Source: Squalus acanthias
Lineage: Eukaryota
NCBI GenBank assembly: GCA_030390025.1
Contig: CM059425.1
Coordinates: 166,844,001-166,908,000, forward strand
Length of the DNA: 64,000 nt
Direction of reading: 5' to 3'
Shown here: piece after piece, positions 38,201-49,435 of the stretch
How the letters are laid out: the number at the start of each line of letters is the position of its first letter
How positions within the stretch are numbered: position 1 is the first letter of the stretch
Position numbers and translations under genes: made by a program
The notes under the pieces: generated by a model
Database searches by the model: none
Seen by the model: only the letters and a program-made list of their open reading frames with translations
Told to the model about the DNA's origin: nothing

Positions 38201-38355
38201 CCTACATATTTGCTCTTCTATCTCCCTCTGACTGTTTGGGGGTCTGTAGTACACTCCCAGCAGTGTGATCGCCCCTTTTTTGCTTTTCAGTTCAACGCAT
38301 ATGGCCTCGTTGGACAATCCTTTAAGATATCATCCCTCCTCACAGCTGTAATTTT
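35243..38355 (-). mobile_element. CR1 LINE, internally deleted and split by a solo LTR
   Basis: Tail at about 35243-35260, RT fragments 37030-38051, and an APE fragment (IVGDFN) fused directly at about 38050. Confidence 0.88.
35390..37034 (+). mobile_element. Solo LTR, 1645 bp
   Basis: TGTA...TACA ends, perfect TSD TATC (35386-35389, 37035-37038), AATAAA at 36812. Confidence 0.88.
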
Positions 38356-38605
38356 ATTCCCCCTCTCTATCTCGTATGAAAACCCTGTAACCAGGAATGA
38401 TGAGCTGCAAACAGTTACAGTAGTTAAACGACTGAACAATAGTTCTAATGCTACGAGTGCTATTTTACATGACAATAAATCTGAATGAAAATTATTAATG
38501 GTCAAAGAATAGGACCTTAAGTTTAAACATTTATAGCTTAGCAGCTCCTCAAATAAGCTGTCTCTCCTAATTTTACTTAGTTAAATGACAGATCATAGAA
38601 TCATA

Positions 38606-39450
38606 GGGCTGGATTTTGCCAGCCCTGGGGAGGCGGGTTTGGAGGCGGGACTGCCAGGAAAATGGCAGAATTTGGGGGCGGGTGCCCAACCTGCCCCAAA
38701 CCCGCCTCTATGCCATCTTGCCAGGAGGCGGGTAGCCGTCCCACACCGGGTCCCATCTCCTTGGAGGCGGGAAGGGATTACAGCCACTTAACTGCCTGTT
38801 AACAGGTAGTTAACAGGCAGATAAGAGGATTATCTCCATTTTGCCCACACAAGTGCGGGCTTCCCGAAGGCTCCGAACCCCGCCAGGTCAGCGAGGCGAG
38901 TAGTGGGTCTGCAGGGGTTGGAGGGGTGCAAAAGTGCGCTGTGAAGGTGAGTGATGGGTGCAAGTGTGGAGAGGTGAGTATCTGAGGTAAGTGGAAAGTG
39001 TTAGAAAAAGTGTACTTACCTTTGTTTCTTCCTGCAGGCTTCAGTCGGTGGGTATGCGGAGAGTCTCGCACCTCCGCGGTAGAGATGACAGATGGCCGTT
39101 GCATTCTCCAATGCAACAACCATCTAATTTCTGCAAAAGAAAGAGGTTTGATAAGGTCTTGAATTCAAGAACTCATCAAACTACAGAGAATGTCAGTGTT
39201 TGACAGCTTCACAGAGCTGTCAAACGATGACAATTCATCAGTCAAAATTTTTTGACAGATGAAACGTCATACGTTGACGTTCTCTGTAACCGGCTTTCCC
39301 TTAATTGGCCTGCTAAGCCCGCTAGGCGGGCTTAACAAGGTCAATCAAGGGAAAATAGCATGGGTTGGCCAGAAGTTGATGGAGGTGGGACTGAAACCCG
39401 ACAAGTGGGAGTCCCGCCTCCAAAAGCTCCCCATTGGCAAAATCCAGCCC
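38606..39450. mobile_element. Harbinger-like MITE
   Basis: Perfect 16-bp TIR GGGCTGGATTTTGCCA and TSD ATA, inserted in a CR1 (ATCATAGA)n tail. Homologous to 42601-43236. Confidence 0.9.
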
Positions 39451-41459
39451 ATAGAATCATAGAATGGTTACAGCATGGAAGAAGGACATTTGACCCATCG
39501 AGCCCATGCCGACTCTCGGCAAGATTGGATGTATTTCCATAACAGTTAGTCAAAAGAATCACCTTAGAATGAATATCTTTGCATTCTATAATTAATGCTA
39601 ATGTATTAATTCTATTTTTATGCTACACACGGGCCACTATGTGCTTCATCTTCACTGAGATTTTCTTATGCTTACCAAAATCTCAATGGAGACTATGAAA
39701 ATAGAAAAGAGAAGCTCATGATTTGTCTGGAAACTAACTGAAAACATTGACACAAGTGATTCTTTAGGCTGATGACACTGAGGCACATCCACTTCGCAGT
39801 TTAACTGATCCAATACAGAATTAACAGAGCTCCTCCAAGGAGCTTTTAAATTGTGATTACTTTAAGATGGATTTCAGCCAAAACAAAGAATAACATGGGG
39901 CTCATTGAGGGTTAGGTACTCAACATTCAACACATTTATAGCGTTCTGCAACACTTTGACAGTTCAAGTGCAAAGAATGTTTGCAATGTAATTTTTCAGC
40001 AAGGCTGTTATCAGGAATTTGATCAAGCTCAGAAATCATGAACTGTACAAAAACGACCCTTATTGTAAATACTGTGGAGGATTTTTATGGGTGTCAGTAT
40101 TTTCAATATGTGATCCAAGGTGATGCAATATTTAAATGAGTAATCTCTCAAAGATTGCATAAGAACCACATGAGAGTTCTCCTAATGGAAGCTCATAAAC
40201 CTTGCAGTTTAACCACCCCAATGCAGGAGAAATTCTTATTTGACCTAATTAGATAACTGGAGCATTAATTTATAAACTAAAGGTAAAATGCTTGCCTTAT
40301 ATCATTTAGGAGTTATCCTTAATGCAGATATAACTCATATGCTTTTGTGCATGCATTGGGCAGAAATTGAGATTTGATATATCAATACCTTTGTATTTTT
40401 TTAAATTTAAACTGAAAGGAAGCACAGGAGTAGAATGATTGTTGTACTTCAGTTGCTGTTAGTGTATAGAAGTATGGAGGGAGAGAGGAATTAGAAATGC
40501 ATCAATCACAATCACACTAGGAAACATTGGGGTTGATATTAACACCCCCTTCCCCTAGTGTGGGAAGGAGGGTTTACACTACCTGGGTACTTCAAATGTT
40601 CTTTCTGCGCAGTCCGTGAGACCAGCACATGATGAGTTAAAAGTTAAAACAGCTTTCTGCTGAGCATAGGTTGTAAATTGTATAAGGGAAATTTAAAGCA
40701 AATGTATCTCCACAGATCAGAAGGCTGACCTGCGTGCCTATCAGGTTGGGAATCAGGTCATTTGTGTTTATGGTAATAAATGATGGGAAGAGTTTATGAT
40801 GGCAATAAAATAATTAGAATAGTTAAGTGCTTGTTTGTTTAGTTTATGTTGTTATTCTGTTGACATTTGTACGTATTGGTGGTATGCATGGAATGTAGTG
40901 ATCAAAGGTGAAATTTGGTCTAAGAAATGTAAGGGAATGATTGTTTATCAGCTCACACTGGAATTGTGAAGTGTGGTGTCTCAGCAGCTCGTTCTCATAC
41001 AGGAATGGGGTAGAATGAAAAGACCTGTGCATTCATACTGCTTGTGGGATGGTATGAGGTTTCAATAAAGTCCTAATCCTGCATTGCTACAACTGAGTGT
41101 GTGTGTAATCTGGCATTTAAAGTAACAAGACGAAAAATAACAAGAAAGCTGTCCAGCACCTGGGAAAGGGTAGGGGCATAACATTTTAAATGGGGGATGC
41201 GTACCCCAACATGCCGCATACACGCCTGCCACCATTTTTACAGCAGCGTGTTGCATGGCGTGTGTTTGTTCCGTCTTGGAGAGGCGGGACACATCATTAT
41301 AATATTTAAATCAGGCTACCACAGCGCAGTTGGGAGCCTGATTTAAATTTAACAGTTGCGGGCAGGGTTTCTCATGGCTCAGGAAATCCAGCAGCAAAAT
41401 GGAAACGGGAGCAGCCGGCTCCAGCAGGTAAGTTCTGTTTATGATGAAAGTCTGGTTCA

Positions 41460-42600
41460 TAATTCAGTAATGAACCAAGCTGAATACAAAAAATACAGAG
41501 GAGAACTGAAAAAGGAAATAAGAGGGGCAAAGAGAGTGTATGAGAATAGATTAGCGGGTAAGATAATGAGAACCATAAACATATAAATAGTAAAGGGGTA
41601 GTCAAAGGAAGGATGGGGCTGATTAGGGACCAAAAAGGAAATCTTCTGTGGAGTCAGAGAGCATGACTGAGGTACTAAATGAGTACTTTACATCTGTCTT
41701 CAAAAAAGAAGTGGATGCTGCCAATGTCACAGTAAAGGAGGAGTTAGTAAGAAATTTGATAGGATAAAAATAAATAAAGAGGAGGTATTTAAAAGCTTGG
41801 CAGTGCTCAAAGTAGAAAATGGGGGGAAAATAGGCTCATGCCCCCTTTGAGACGCTAACCTCGCTGGGGCACTACTTTTAGCGCCCCCAAAAAAGTTAGC
41901 ACCCCCACGCCCAAAATTCAATGGTAGCGTCCCAAGCAGAAGGCGGGGCGCAACTGGAAGCACTCCCCCTCCCTCTTGGGGCACTACCATGGAATATCGC
42001 GGTGCTATGTGCAGCAGTGCCACGCGCGCTGGCACATACTGCCGCGGTACTGCAGACCTCCCTGCCCTGATTAAAGAGTGCCGGGCTGACGGATCGTAGC
42101 CATCACTCCACAGCAGGAGGCCAGAGGGGGCAGGTGCTGGCAGGCGGCCCAAAAAAAATGGCCGCCCGGCACCTGCCCTTTAATTATCGCCGCCCGGCTG
42201 CAAGAATGCCCCCCTGACCCTGTCGGACATAGCGTCCGGCGGTAGGTCAGGGTGCGCGAGCCAAGTTTGCGGCCGGGGCGTGAGTGGGGTGCTGCGCATG
42301 ATGATGACTTCATCGGCAGAGGCACAGCGCCTTGGGGCACTAGCGGGAGGTGCAAAACAAACAAATTTACCCCCCCCCAGTCTGGATGGGATGCATCCAA
42401 GGATGCTGAGGGAAGTATGGGTGAAAATTGCGGAGGTCCTGGCCACATATCTCCAATCCTCCTTGGATATGGGGGGTGGCGCCAGAGGATTGGAGGATTG
42501 CAAATGTTGCACACCTGTTTAAAAAAGAGGAGAGGGGTAAATCCGACAACTAGAGGCTAGTCAGCCTAAAGTTGATGCTGGGGAAACTTTTAGAGACAAT
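41460..42600 (+). mobile_element. CR1 ORF2 fragment interrupted by a TIR element
   Basis: YKKYRGELKKEIRGAKRVYE and DGMHPRMLREV motifs. Confidence 0.75.
41821..42376. mobile_element. GC-rich non-autonomous TIR element
   Basis: GGGGGGAAAAT / ATTTACCCCCC termini interrupting a CR1. TSD unclear. Confidence 0.65.
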
Positions 42601-43236
42601 GGGCTCGATTTTCCAAGCCCCGTGGAGGCGGGTTTAGAGGCGGGAGTGGTGGGAAAGTTGCAGATTCGGGGGGCACGTACCCATCCCACCCCCAACCCAC
42701 CTCCATGCCAATGTCCCAGGAGGTGGGTACCCGACCTGTGCTGGGAGCCGCCTCTCCGAGGCGGGAAGGGGATTAGTGACAATTAACTGCCTGTTAACAG
42801 GTAGTTAACAGGCAGTTTTTTGGCTAATCCCTATTTTTAGCCCTGAAGTGTGGGCTGCCCTACGGCTCCAAACCACGCCAAGTTAGCGAGGCGGACCGTC
42901 GGTCTGCAGGGCTTGGAGGGGTCTGGAGAGCTCTCTAACTGAGTCTGAGTAGAAGGCCTCAAGTTAGAAGACAGATTGTCAGTGTTTGATAGCTTCACAG
43001 AGCTGTCAAACGCTGATATTTCATCTGTCAAAAGCTCTTGACAGATGAAATGTCAATCGCTGACGTCACCAGTATCCAGGTGTCCCTTAATTGGGCTGCT
43101 GAGCCCGCTGGGCGGGCTTAACAAGGTCAATCAAGGGAAAGTAGCGTGGGTTGGCCACAAATCAATGGAGGCGGGACTATAACCCAAAAAGTGGGAGTCC
43201 CGCCTCCATCACGTCCCCATTGACAAAATCGAGCCC
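42601..43236. mobile_element. Harbinger-like MITE
   Basis: TIR GGGCTCGATTTT / AAAATCGAGCCC. Homologous to 38606-39450. Confidence 0.85.
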
Positions 43237-43275
43237 AAAGGCTTTAATTTTGCTCACAAGTTTATTATGTGGTAC

Positions 43276-43408
43276 AAAAGCAAAATACTGTGGATGCTGG
43301 AAATCTGAAATAAAAACAAAAAATGCTGGAAATACTCAGCAAGTCAGGCAGCATCTGTGGAGAGAGAAATAGAGTTAACGTTTCAGGTCGATGACCCTTC
43401 GTCAGAAC
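43276..43408 (-). mobile_element. 133-bp Penelope pLTR-type insert with a 13-bp TSD
   Basis: Flanked by TATTATGTGGTAC (43263-43275, 43409-43421). Carries a hammerhead core. Confidence 0.85.
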
Positions 43409-43409
43409 T
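43373..43409 (-). ncRNA. Minimal type I hammerhead ribozyme motif
   Basis: Minus strand reads AGUU-CUGACGA-AGGGUC-AUC-GACCU-GAAAC-GUU-AACU. The CUGANGA and GAAA cores are intact, stems I and II pair, and stem III is a loopless AC/GU. Confidence 0.8.
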
Positions 43410-44131
43410 ATTATGTGGTACTTTGTCAAACGCCTTTTAAAAGTCCATATACACTGCATCAACTGAACTACGCTCATCAACCCTCTCCGTTACTTCATCA
43501 AAGAACTCGATCAAATTAGTCAAACATGATTTTACTGTAACAAATCCATGCTGACTTTCATTTATTAGCCCATACTTTTGTAAATCACAATTTATTTTGT
43601 CCCGGATTATTGGGGGCGATTTTCCCAGCCCCGAGGAGGCGGGTTGGGAGGCGGGAAAGGTGGGAAAATCGCAAAAAATGAGTGCGGGTTCGGAACCCGC
43701 CTCCAACCCGCCTCCGCACAATTTTGCCGGAGGCGGTTTTGATGAGTGCGAATCGGTCTCACCTCTAGCACTCCAGAGAGGTTGTTAAGGACCTCTCTAA
43801 TCCTATTTTGAGAGGCCCTCATTATTTTTCCACATTTTGTGCGTGTTCCACGACCCTCCTAAACCACGCCAGCTAAACCTGGCGGGTTGACAAGTGGGTG
43901 GCCTCCTCACAGCTGCAGCTCCAGCATTAAAACGGAGCTTTCATCAGGGATCAGTTGCAGGTGGCAGAACTTTGCTTTAAAAGGTTTTCAGCACTTTTAG
44001 CAGGCCTTCCAAAGTCGGAGGTGCTGCAGCTTGAATCAATCAACTGTGGGACCTCCTTGGAAAACCCTCTCCCCGCTTAGAATGAGCACTTCCCCAACGG
44101 AGGCATCTGCAAGCATTTATTTCCTTTCACC

Positions 44132-45454
44132 ATGGAGCTCAGATTCGGATGAGGAGCAGCCACGGCAGCAGCAGAACCAGGCAGCTCAGCAGCAACAGTA
44201 GCAGGAGCCTCAACCTCCTGCTCACCCACCTGATGCTGCACAGGGCAGAAGGTGCCAGCGCATCAAGGCACCTCGCTGCAGGAGATACCCCCGACAGAGG
44301 GTTTACAGACAGAGGATGAGCTACCTCAACATGAGTGAGCAGCAGTGCCAAAGGAGGCTGAGACTTTTGCGAGAGTTTGTCGGAGACATCTGCGCACTGC
44401 TGCAGGAAGACCTGGAGCCCAGAGGAACGGGTGGACACCCCTTACCAGTGGTTGTCAAATCACCACCGCACTCAACTTTTTTGCCTCAGGCTCCTTCCAG
44501 GGATCATCAGCAGACATCAGCGGCATCTCCCAGTCGGCCGCCCACAGTTGCATCATGCAAGTTACCGATGCCCTTTTCGCTTAGGCGCACAATTACATCC
44601 AGTTCTCAAGAGATCAAGCAAGTGTAACCGCGCGTTCAGTTGGCTTTGCAAATATGGCAGGCATGCCAATGGTGCAGGGCATCATAGAATGCACACATGT
44701 GGCCCTTAGGGCACCCCATCACAACCCAGCTATCTTTGTCAACCGCAAGGGCTTCCACTCCCTCAACGTACAGCTGGTGTGTAACCACAAGAAGGAGTTT
44801 TTGCATGTTTGCGCCAAGTTCTGTGGTAGTTGCCATGACTCTTTCATCCTGCAGAACCCTAGTGTTCCTCCGCTCTTCAATCCGCCAAACCAACTTAATG
44901 GATGGCTCCTTGGTGACAAGGGATACCCCCTGAAGAAGTGGCTAATGACGCCGATCAGGAGGCCAGCTAATGAGGCTGAAGAGCGCTACAACGCCAGCCA
45001 CACTTCGACCAGGTCCATCATCGAGCAAACCATTGGGTTGTTGAAGATACGCTTCCGATGCCTTGACCGATCAGGTGGAGCCCTGCAGTATACACCATAC
45101 AGGGTCTCCAGAATGGTCATGGTCTGCTGCGCACTGCACAACATGGCACAGCGTCGTGGCTTGCAGCTTCCTGATGAGCAAGTGGCTCAGTTCCTAGCCT
45201 CCTCAGATGAGGATGAGGATGAGGAGGAGGAGGCTGAGGAGGAGGAGGATCTAGAGGAGGAGGAAGAGGATCAGGGGGAGGAGGAGGAGCAGGAGGAGGA
45301 GGAGCAGGAGGAGGACCGAGCGCCCGTCTACCGACTAGCAGCAGCAGCACGCGAGCACATGGCTGCCCGTGATGCAAGGGATGCACTTATCCTGACCAGA
45401 TTTGCATCGGTTGCCCATGTTGGCACATGTCCTTGGCTCTATCTTAAGACATGA
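44132..45454 (+). pseudogene. Harbinger DDE transposase (HARBI1-like), frameshifted in the N-terminal half
   Basis: [19 protein letters not shown] (first catalytic D appears as E), [42 protein letters not shown], and a poly-Glu tail. Confidence 0.9.
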
Positions 45455-45639
45455 TAGACAATGAACATGACTCTCTGGCCTCCTTTCACTCTGGCCACCA
45501 ACCTGACAACGCAAGTGTCGCGGAGCCCGCAATGTGGAGCTGCCAAAGGCGAAAGAACAGATGCCATCACGCCAACATTTTGCCATCAAATCATTTTTAT
45601 GCTTTCCAACAGGGATGGCATTTCATCAATACACATAAA

Positions 45640-45830
45640 CATTCACCCAATCTGCACACAGATCTGGAGGTTATATCCCTTGCCAGCTGGACCCACACAG
45701 CTTTGGTTTCTCCAGATGAGGGGAAGAGCACCTCCCTGCTTGCTCTCACCCCCCTCAACCAACATTTGCAGCGCTTCATCCGAGAACCTCGGGGAGGCCC
45801 TTGCCTTGGAATTGGACATAGTGGTTTCTC
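45640..45830 (-). pseudogene. Harbinger accessory Myb/SANT-like DNA-binding gene, first-exon remnant
   Basis: PRFSDEALQMLVEG (one frame) then VRASREVLFP...AVWVQLARDITSRS. Convergent to the transposase, as expected for Harbinger. Confidence 0.6.
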
Positions 45831-46097
45831 AAAATATGTTGCAGGTGGTGAAGCATCGACAGAAATCCAGTGGAATGATCCAAGGCAGCAAGCAGCCCTT
45901 AAATGGGGCTGCAAAAGTGATGTCAGTAGAGGCGAGTTTCAGTCCCAAAACAGTAATTGACCAAGGGCATCCCACACCTCTGAAATCAACTGGCCAATCA
46001 GGGGAAAAATGCAATTTTTTCCACCCTATCAGTGGAGGTGGGTTTGGAACCCACCAAAACCCGCCTCCAACCTGCCTCCAGTGGGAAAATCGCCCCC

Positions 46098-46692
46098 ATA
46101 GAGTACAAAAGCAAGAAAGTTATGCTAAACCTTTATAAAACACTTGTTAGGCCCCAGTTGGATTATTGTGGCCAATTCTGGGCACCACACTTTAGGAAGG
46201 ATGTCAAGGCCTCAGAGAGAGTGAAGAGGAGGTTTACTAGAATGGTACCAGGGATGAAAGACTTCAGTTATGTGTCCAGACTGGCGAAGCTGGATTTGTT
46301 CTCCATAGAGCAGAGAAGTTGAAGGGGAGATTTGATAGAAGTGTTGAAAATCATGAAAGGTTTTGATAGAGTAAATAAGGCAAAACTGTTTCCAGTGGCA
46401 GAAGAGTTGGCAACCAGAGAACACAGATTTAAGGTAACTGGCAAAGGAACCAGAGGCGAGATGAGGAGGATTCTTTTTACGCAGTGAGTTGTTGTGATCT
46501 GGAACGCATTGCCTGAAAGGGTGGTGGAAGCAGATTCAATAATAACTTTCAAGATGGAATTGGATAAATACTTGAAGGCAGAAAATGTGCAGGGCTGTGG
46601 GGAAACAGCAGGGGAGTGGGACTAATTGTTTAGCTCTTTCAAAGAGCCGGCACAAGCCTCCTTCTGTGCTGTATCATTCTATTATTCTATGA
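46098..46692 (+). mobile_element. CR1 LINE 3' end
   Basis: IEYKSKKVMLNLYKTLVRPQLDYC motif and tail. Confidence 0.88.
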
Positions 46693-47089
46693 TGGAGCAC
46701 TCCTTGTGGGCCAGGAAGAGCAGGAGTGCGCCCCCTCCCCCCTCAAACAAATCTTCGCCCTCCCTTCTGCTGATCGCGGCCTCTCCTTGCTATTGCGATT
46801 GGCCGACACCCAACGCCAGATATCCCCCGATTGCCATACTGGAAGATTTTCTGTGCACATAATTTAGCATTAGATGAATTAAGAGCATCAAACATTAAAA
46901 CCTCTCCCAATGGTCCTTTCATTTCGCTCTTAAATTACTTCACCAATATTTTTATTGCACCAATATGTGTTACTAATATTTTTTATCACACTTGGACAGA
47001 ATTATGAATATTCAAGTACCATCTGTGCCCAGAGGGCAGCAGGGTGTAGCAACAAGCAAAGGAGAAGAATGCACGACTTAACTCATTCA

Positions 47090-47765
47090 GATATCTAGGA
47101 CCTCCTGGGGCTCATTGAAGGCAGGATGAACAGACTCGTGGGCGTGATGTCACCAAGTCAGCCAGAATAATCACTCATGCCACCTGGAAGGATGTGGTAC
47201 AGGCATCGACTGCCAACTCCCTCACTCGCAGGACTGCAGAACAATGCCGAAAGATTTTCTAAACCCACAGCAAGGTAGGTAAGGCAATACACTGTACACC
47301 TCTCAGTTTTCTTCCTTGTCCACCCTGGGTACCAGCACACTCTTCACCCTCTTAAAACATCACTTCCACAACTATCCCTTCACAGTCCTCTCTGGTTAAG
47401 AGCACTTCCAACACCTTATCATGCACTATGGCTACACTGTTCCCCTAACACATAACAACTACATTACATAATCTCAAAACCCCTTTCTCAACTTTACCCT
47501 CACACCCGCATGTATTACATCTATTACTTTGCCTCTCCCATGCTACTTGCTGCACACTCCTTGACTGCCACCCTTGCAATCATTTATTTATCTCTTTGCA
47601 GGAGAAATTGCCGCACAGTGGCCTCTAAAGGCAGGCCATCGGCAGGGATTTCCTGAACAGTAAATCTCGCACCCCCTTCTCAGGGCCAGACAGCTTGTGG
47701 AGAGGCACTCAGCTCTTGCCATGGGAGATGTTGAGCATGGCGGCATCTTGCTGGCACCAGGTTAC
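47090..47765 (+). pseudogene. Myb/SANT-like (Harbinger accessory) spliced gene remnant
   Basis: ATWKDVVQASTANSLTRRTAEQCRKIF, followed by a GTAGGTAAG donor at about 47275 and a TCTCTTTGCAG acceptor at about 47601. Confidence 0.5.
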
Positions 47766-49435
47766 TAACTAAGCACTGCCACCCTGGTATCCCTGTAAAG
47801 CACCACACAGCCAGAACCTTCAACCCCCTTCTCTGTCTCCTTAATGCTCACCAAATCTTGGCTCCTACCCGCCTTTCCTGCAGATCCACCATACAATGGG
47901 TACCACAGGAGGAGAAGGAGACAACCACTTCCCACAAACCTGGCCTTCAGAAGCAGCACAAGAATAGGTGCTCATAGGGAATGCCATAGCTGCTCCTGAG
48001 TACTCCTGATATTGGGTAGGGGAGGCAGTGTGTGGGAGTTTGAAAATTTGTTGGCTTTCCGTCCAGCTGAGAAGCAATCAGAAGAAAGTGCAAGTGCCTG
48101 TGGCAGAATGCCAAAAGAAATGGCTTAAAAATCACTTCCTATTTGTAGTAAACTGTTTTTAATGATCTCCATCCTCTTCTTTGTCAGGAATTGTTCACTT
48201 CTGCCTTTCACAGCTGATTCTGACAGCTGCTGCCCCTCATTGAGTGGAACTTGCCCCGTGTGTAGCGGTTGTGTAAAGTCCGAAAACCTGGGAGTTCTTC
48301 AGCACTGGCTGACAAGTGACCACATCTAAATGAGGTGGATGGATCGGGCAATGGCCCAGGGATTGTGAGCAAACTTGAGGGTCATCGTATAAAGGCACAT
48401 CATTGCTGGATCCGGCTTCCCCACAAGTTTCCTTGCTGGAAAAATTCCCAAGACAATTCCAGCGCCACTAAAATGGTGGAAATGATGAGGAAATGCACCT
48501 CCCAATTAAATAATGTATAATAACAAGACACAGTTTAGCAGGCCCAGCTCTCATCCTAACTAATGGAAATGATAGCCAATAATAAAATACTAAAATTAAT
48601 GCACCAGTGAAGCTGTCTTCCAGTAAACGTATATGAAACAACATTTCTGGCAAAGTAGTGATATGATCATTTATATTTTGCTAAAAATATCCTACACAAA
48701 AAATTAGTTTGAAATAATAATGGGAATGGATTTCTGGTTGGCTGGTGTGGCTGCTCCTCTGGAGGGATTCTCGTGACTGCATCTAAGTATTTAAATAAAT
48801 CCAAGTGCATAGGCACTGAAGAGTGGTAAAACTGGAAGTGTCTGATAGTCTCCATCGGGAGCTATCTGTATCAGTAAGAAGTTAAAGAGGCACTGGTGAT
48901 GAAATGTTTCACTGTGAGAGAGCTCCACTCTGTGAAGCTCTGGGAACAATGTGCAGGTACAGCACCCTAATAAATAAATGGCAGTAAGGATTGTCTTTTG
49001 TGTTACCAGAAAAGCTGCACAGGGAATTAACTTTAAAGAGATAGCAGCTGAAATATAATTTATTAGAAGAGAGGTGCTAAGCTGTAAAAGAGCACCTTTA
49101 AGTGAAACTATTAAAGACATCCACTGAGGCAGGCCAATATTAAAAAGCACACCTGAAGGATGCAAAGATCAAAAAGGGTCAGCAGAAATAATGGCACAAA
49201 AATTGCGGTCGGCGGTGTAGCTCCAGAGGACGCCGCTGGCCTGTGAAAAGAATACGCTCCTACCTGATGGCGGCCCTCCTGCGTAAACTTGCTTTCTGAC
49301 GCTGTGTACTGGAGGGCAGCATAATGGCTGTAACCGGTTTTTGCGGTGGCCAATTTCCTATGGGCTCTGCTGCAATCGCCAATTATTGTAAGTGGTTTTG
49401 CCCCGCCCGTAGCGAGCATGCAAACCCCCTTACTA

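Larger units (their letters stand above)
43237..43611 (-). mobile_element. Inverted CR1 RT segment
   Basis: IIRDKINCDL..SQHGF..KSCLTNLIEFF on the minus strand, continuing the plus-strand CR1 that stops at 42600. Confidence 0.85.
43612..46097 (+). mobile_element. PIF/Harbinger DNA transposon with both TIRs, decayed
   Basis: Perfect 16-bp TIR GGGGGCGATTTTCCCA, transposase on the plus strand, Myb/SANT-like remnant on the minus strand. Confidence 0.9.

Noticed and set aside
44654..45454. Domesticated host gene HARBI1
   Set aside because: Lies between TIRs, has an upstream frameshift and stop, and has a decayed relative at 19287-20290.
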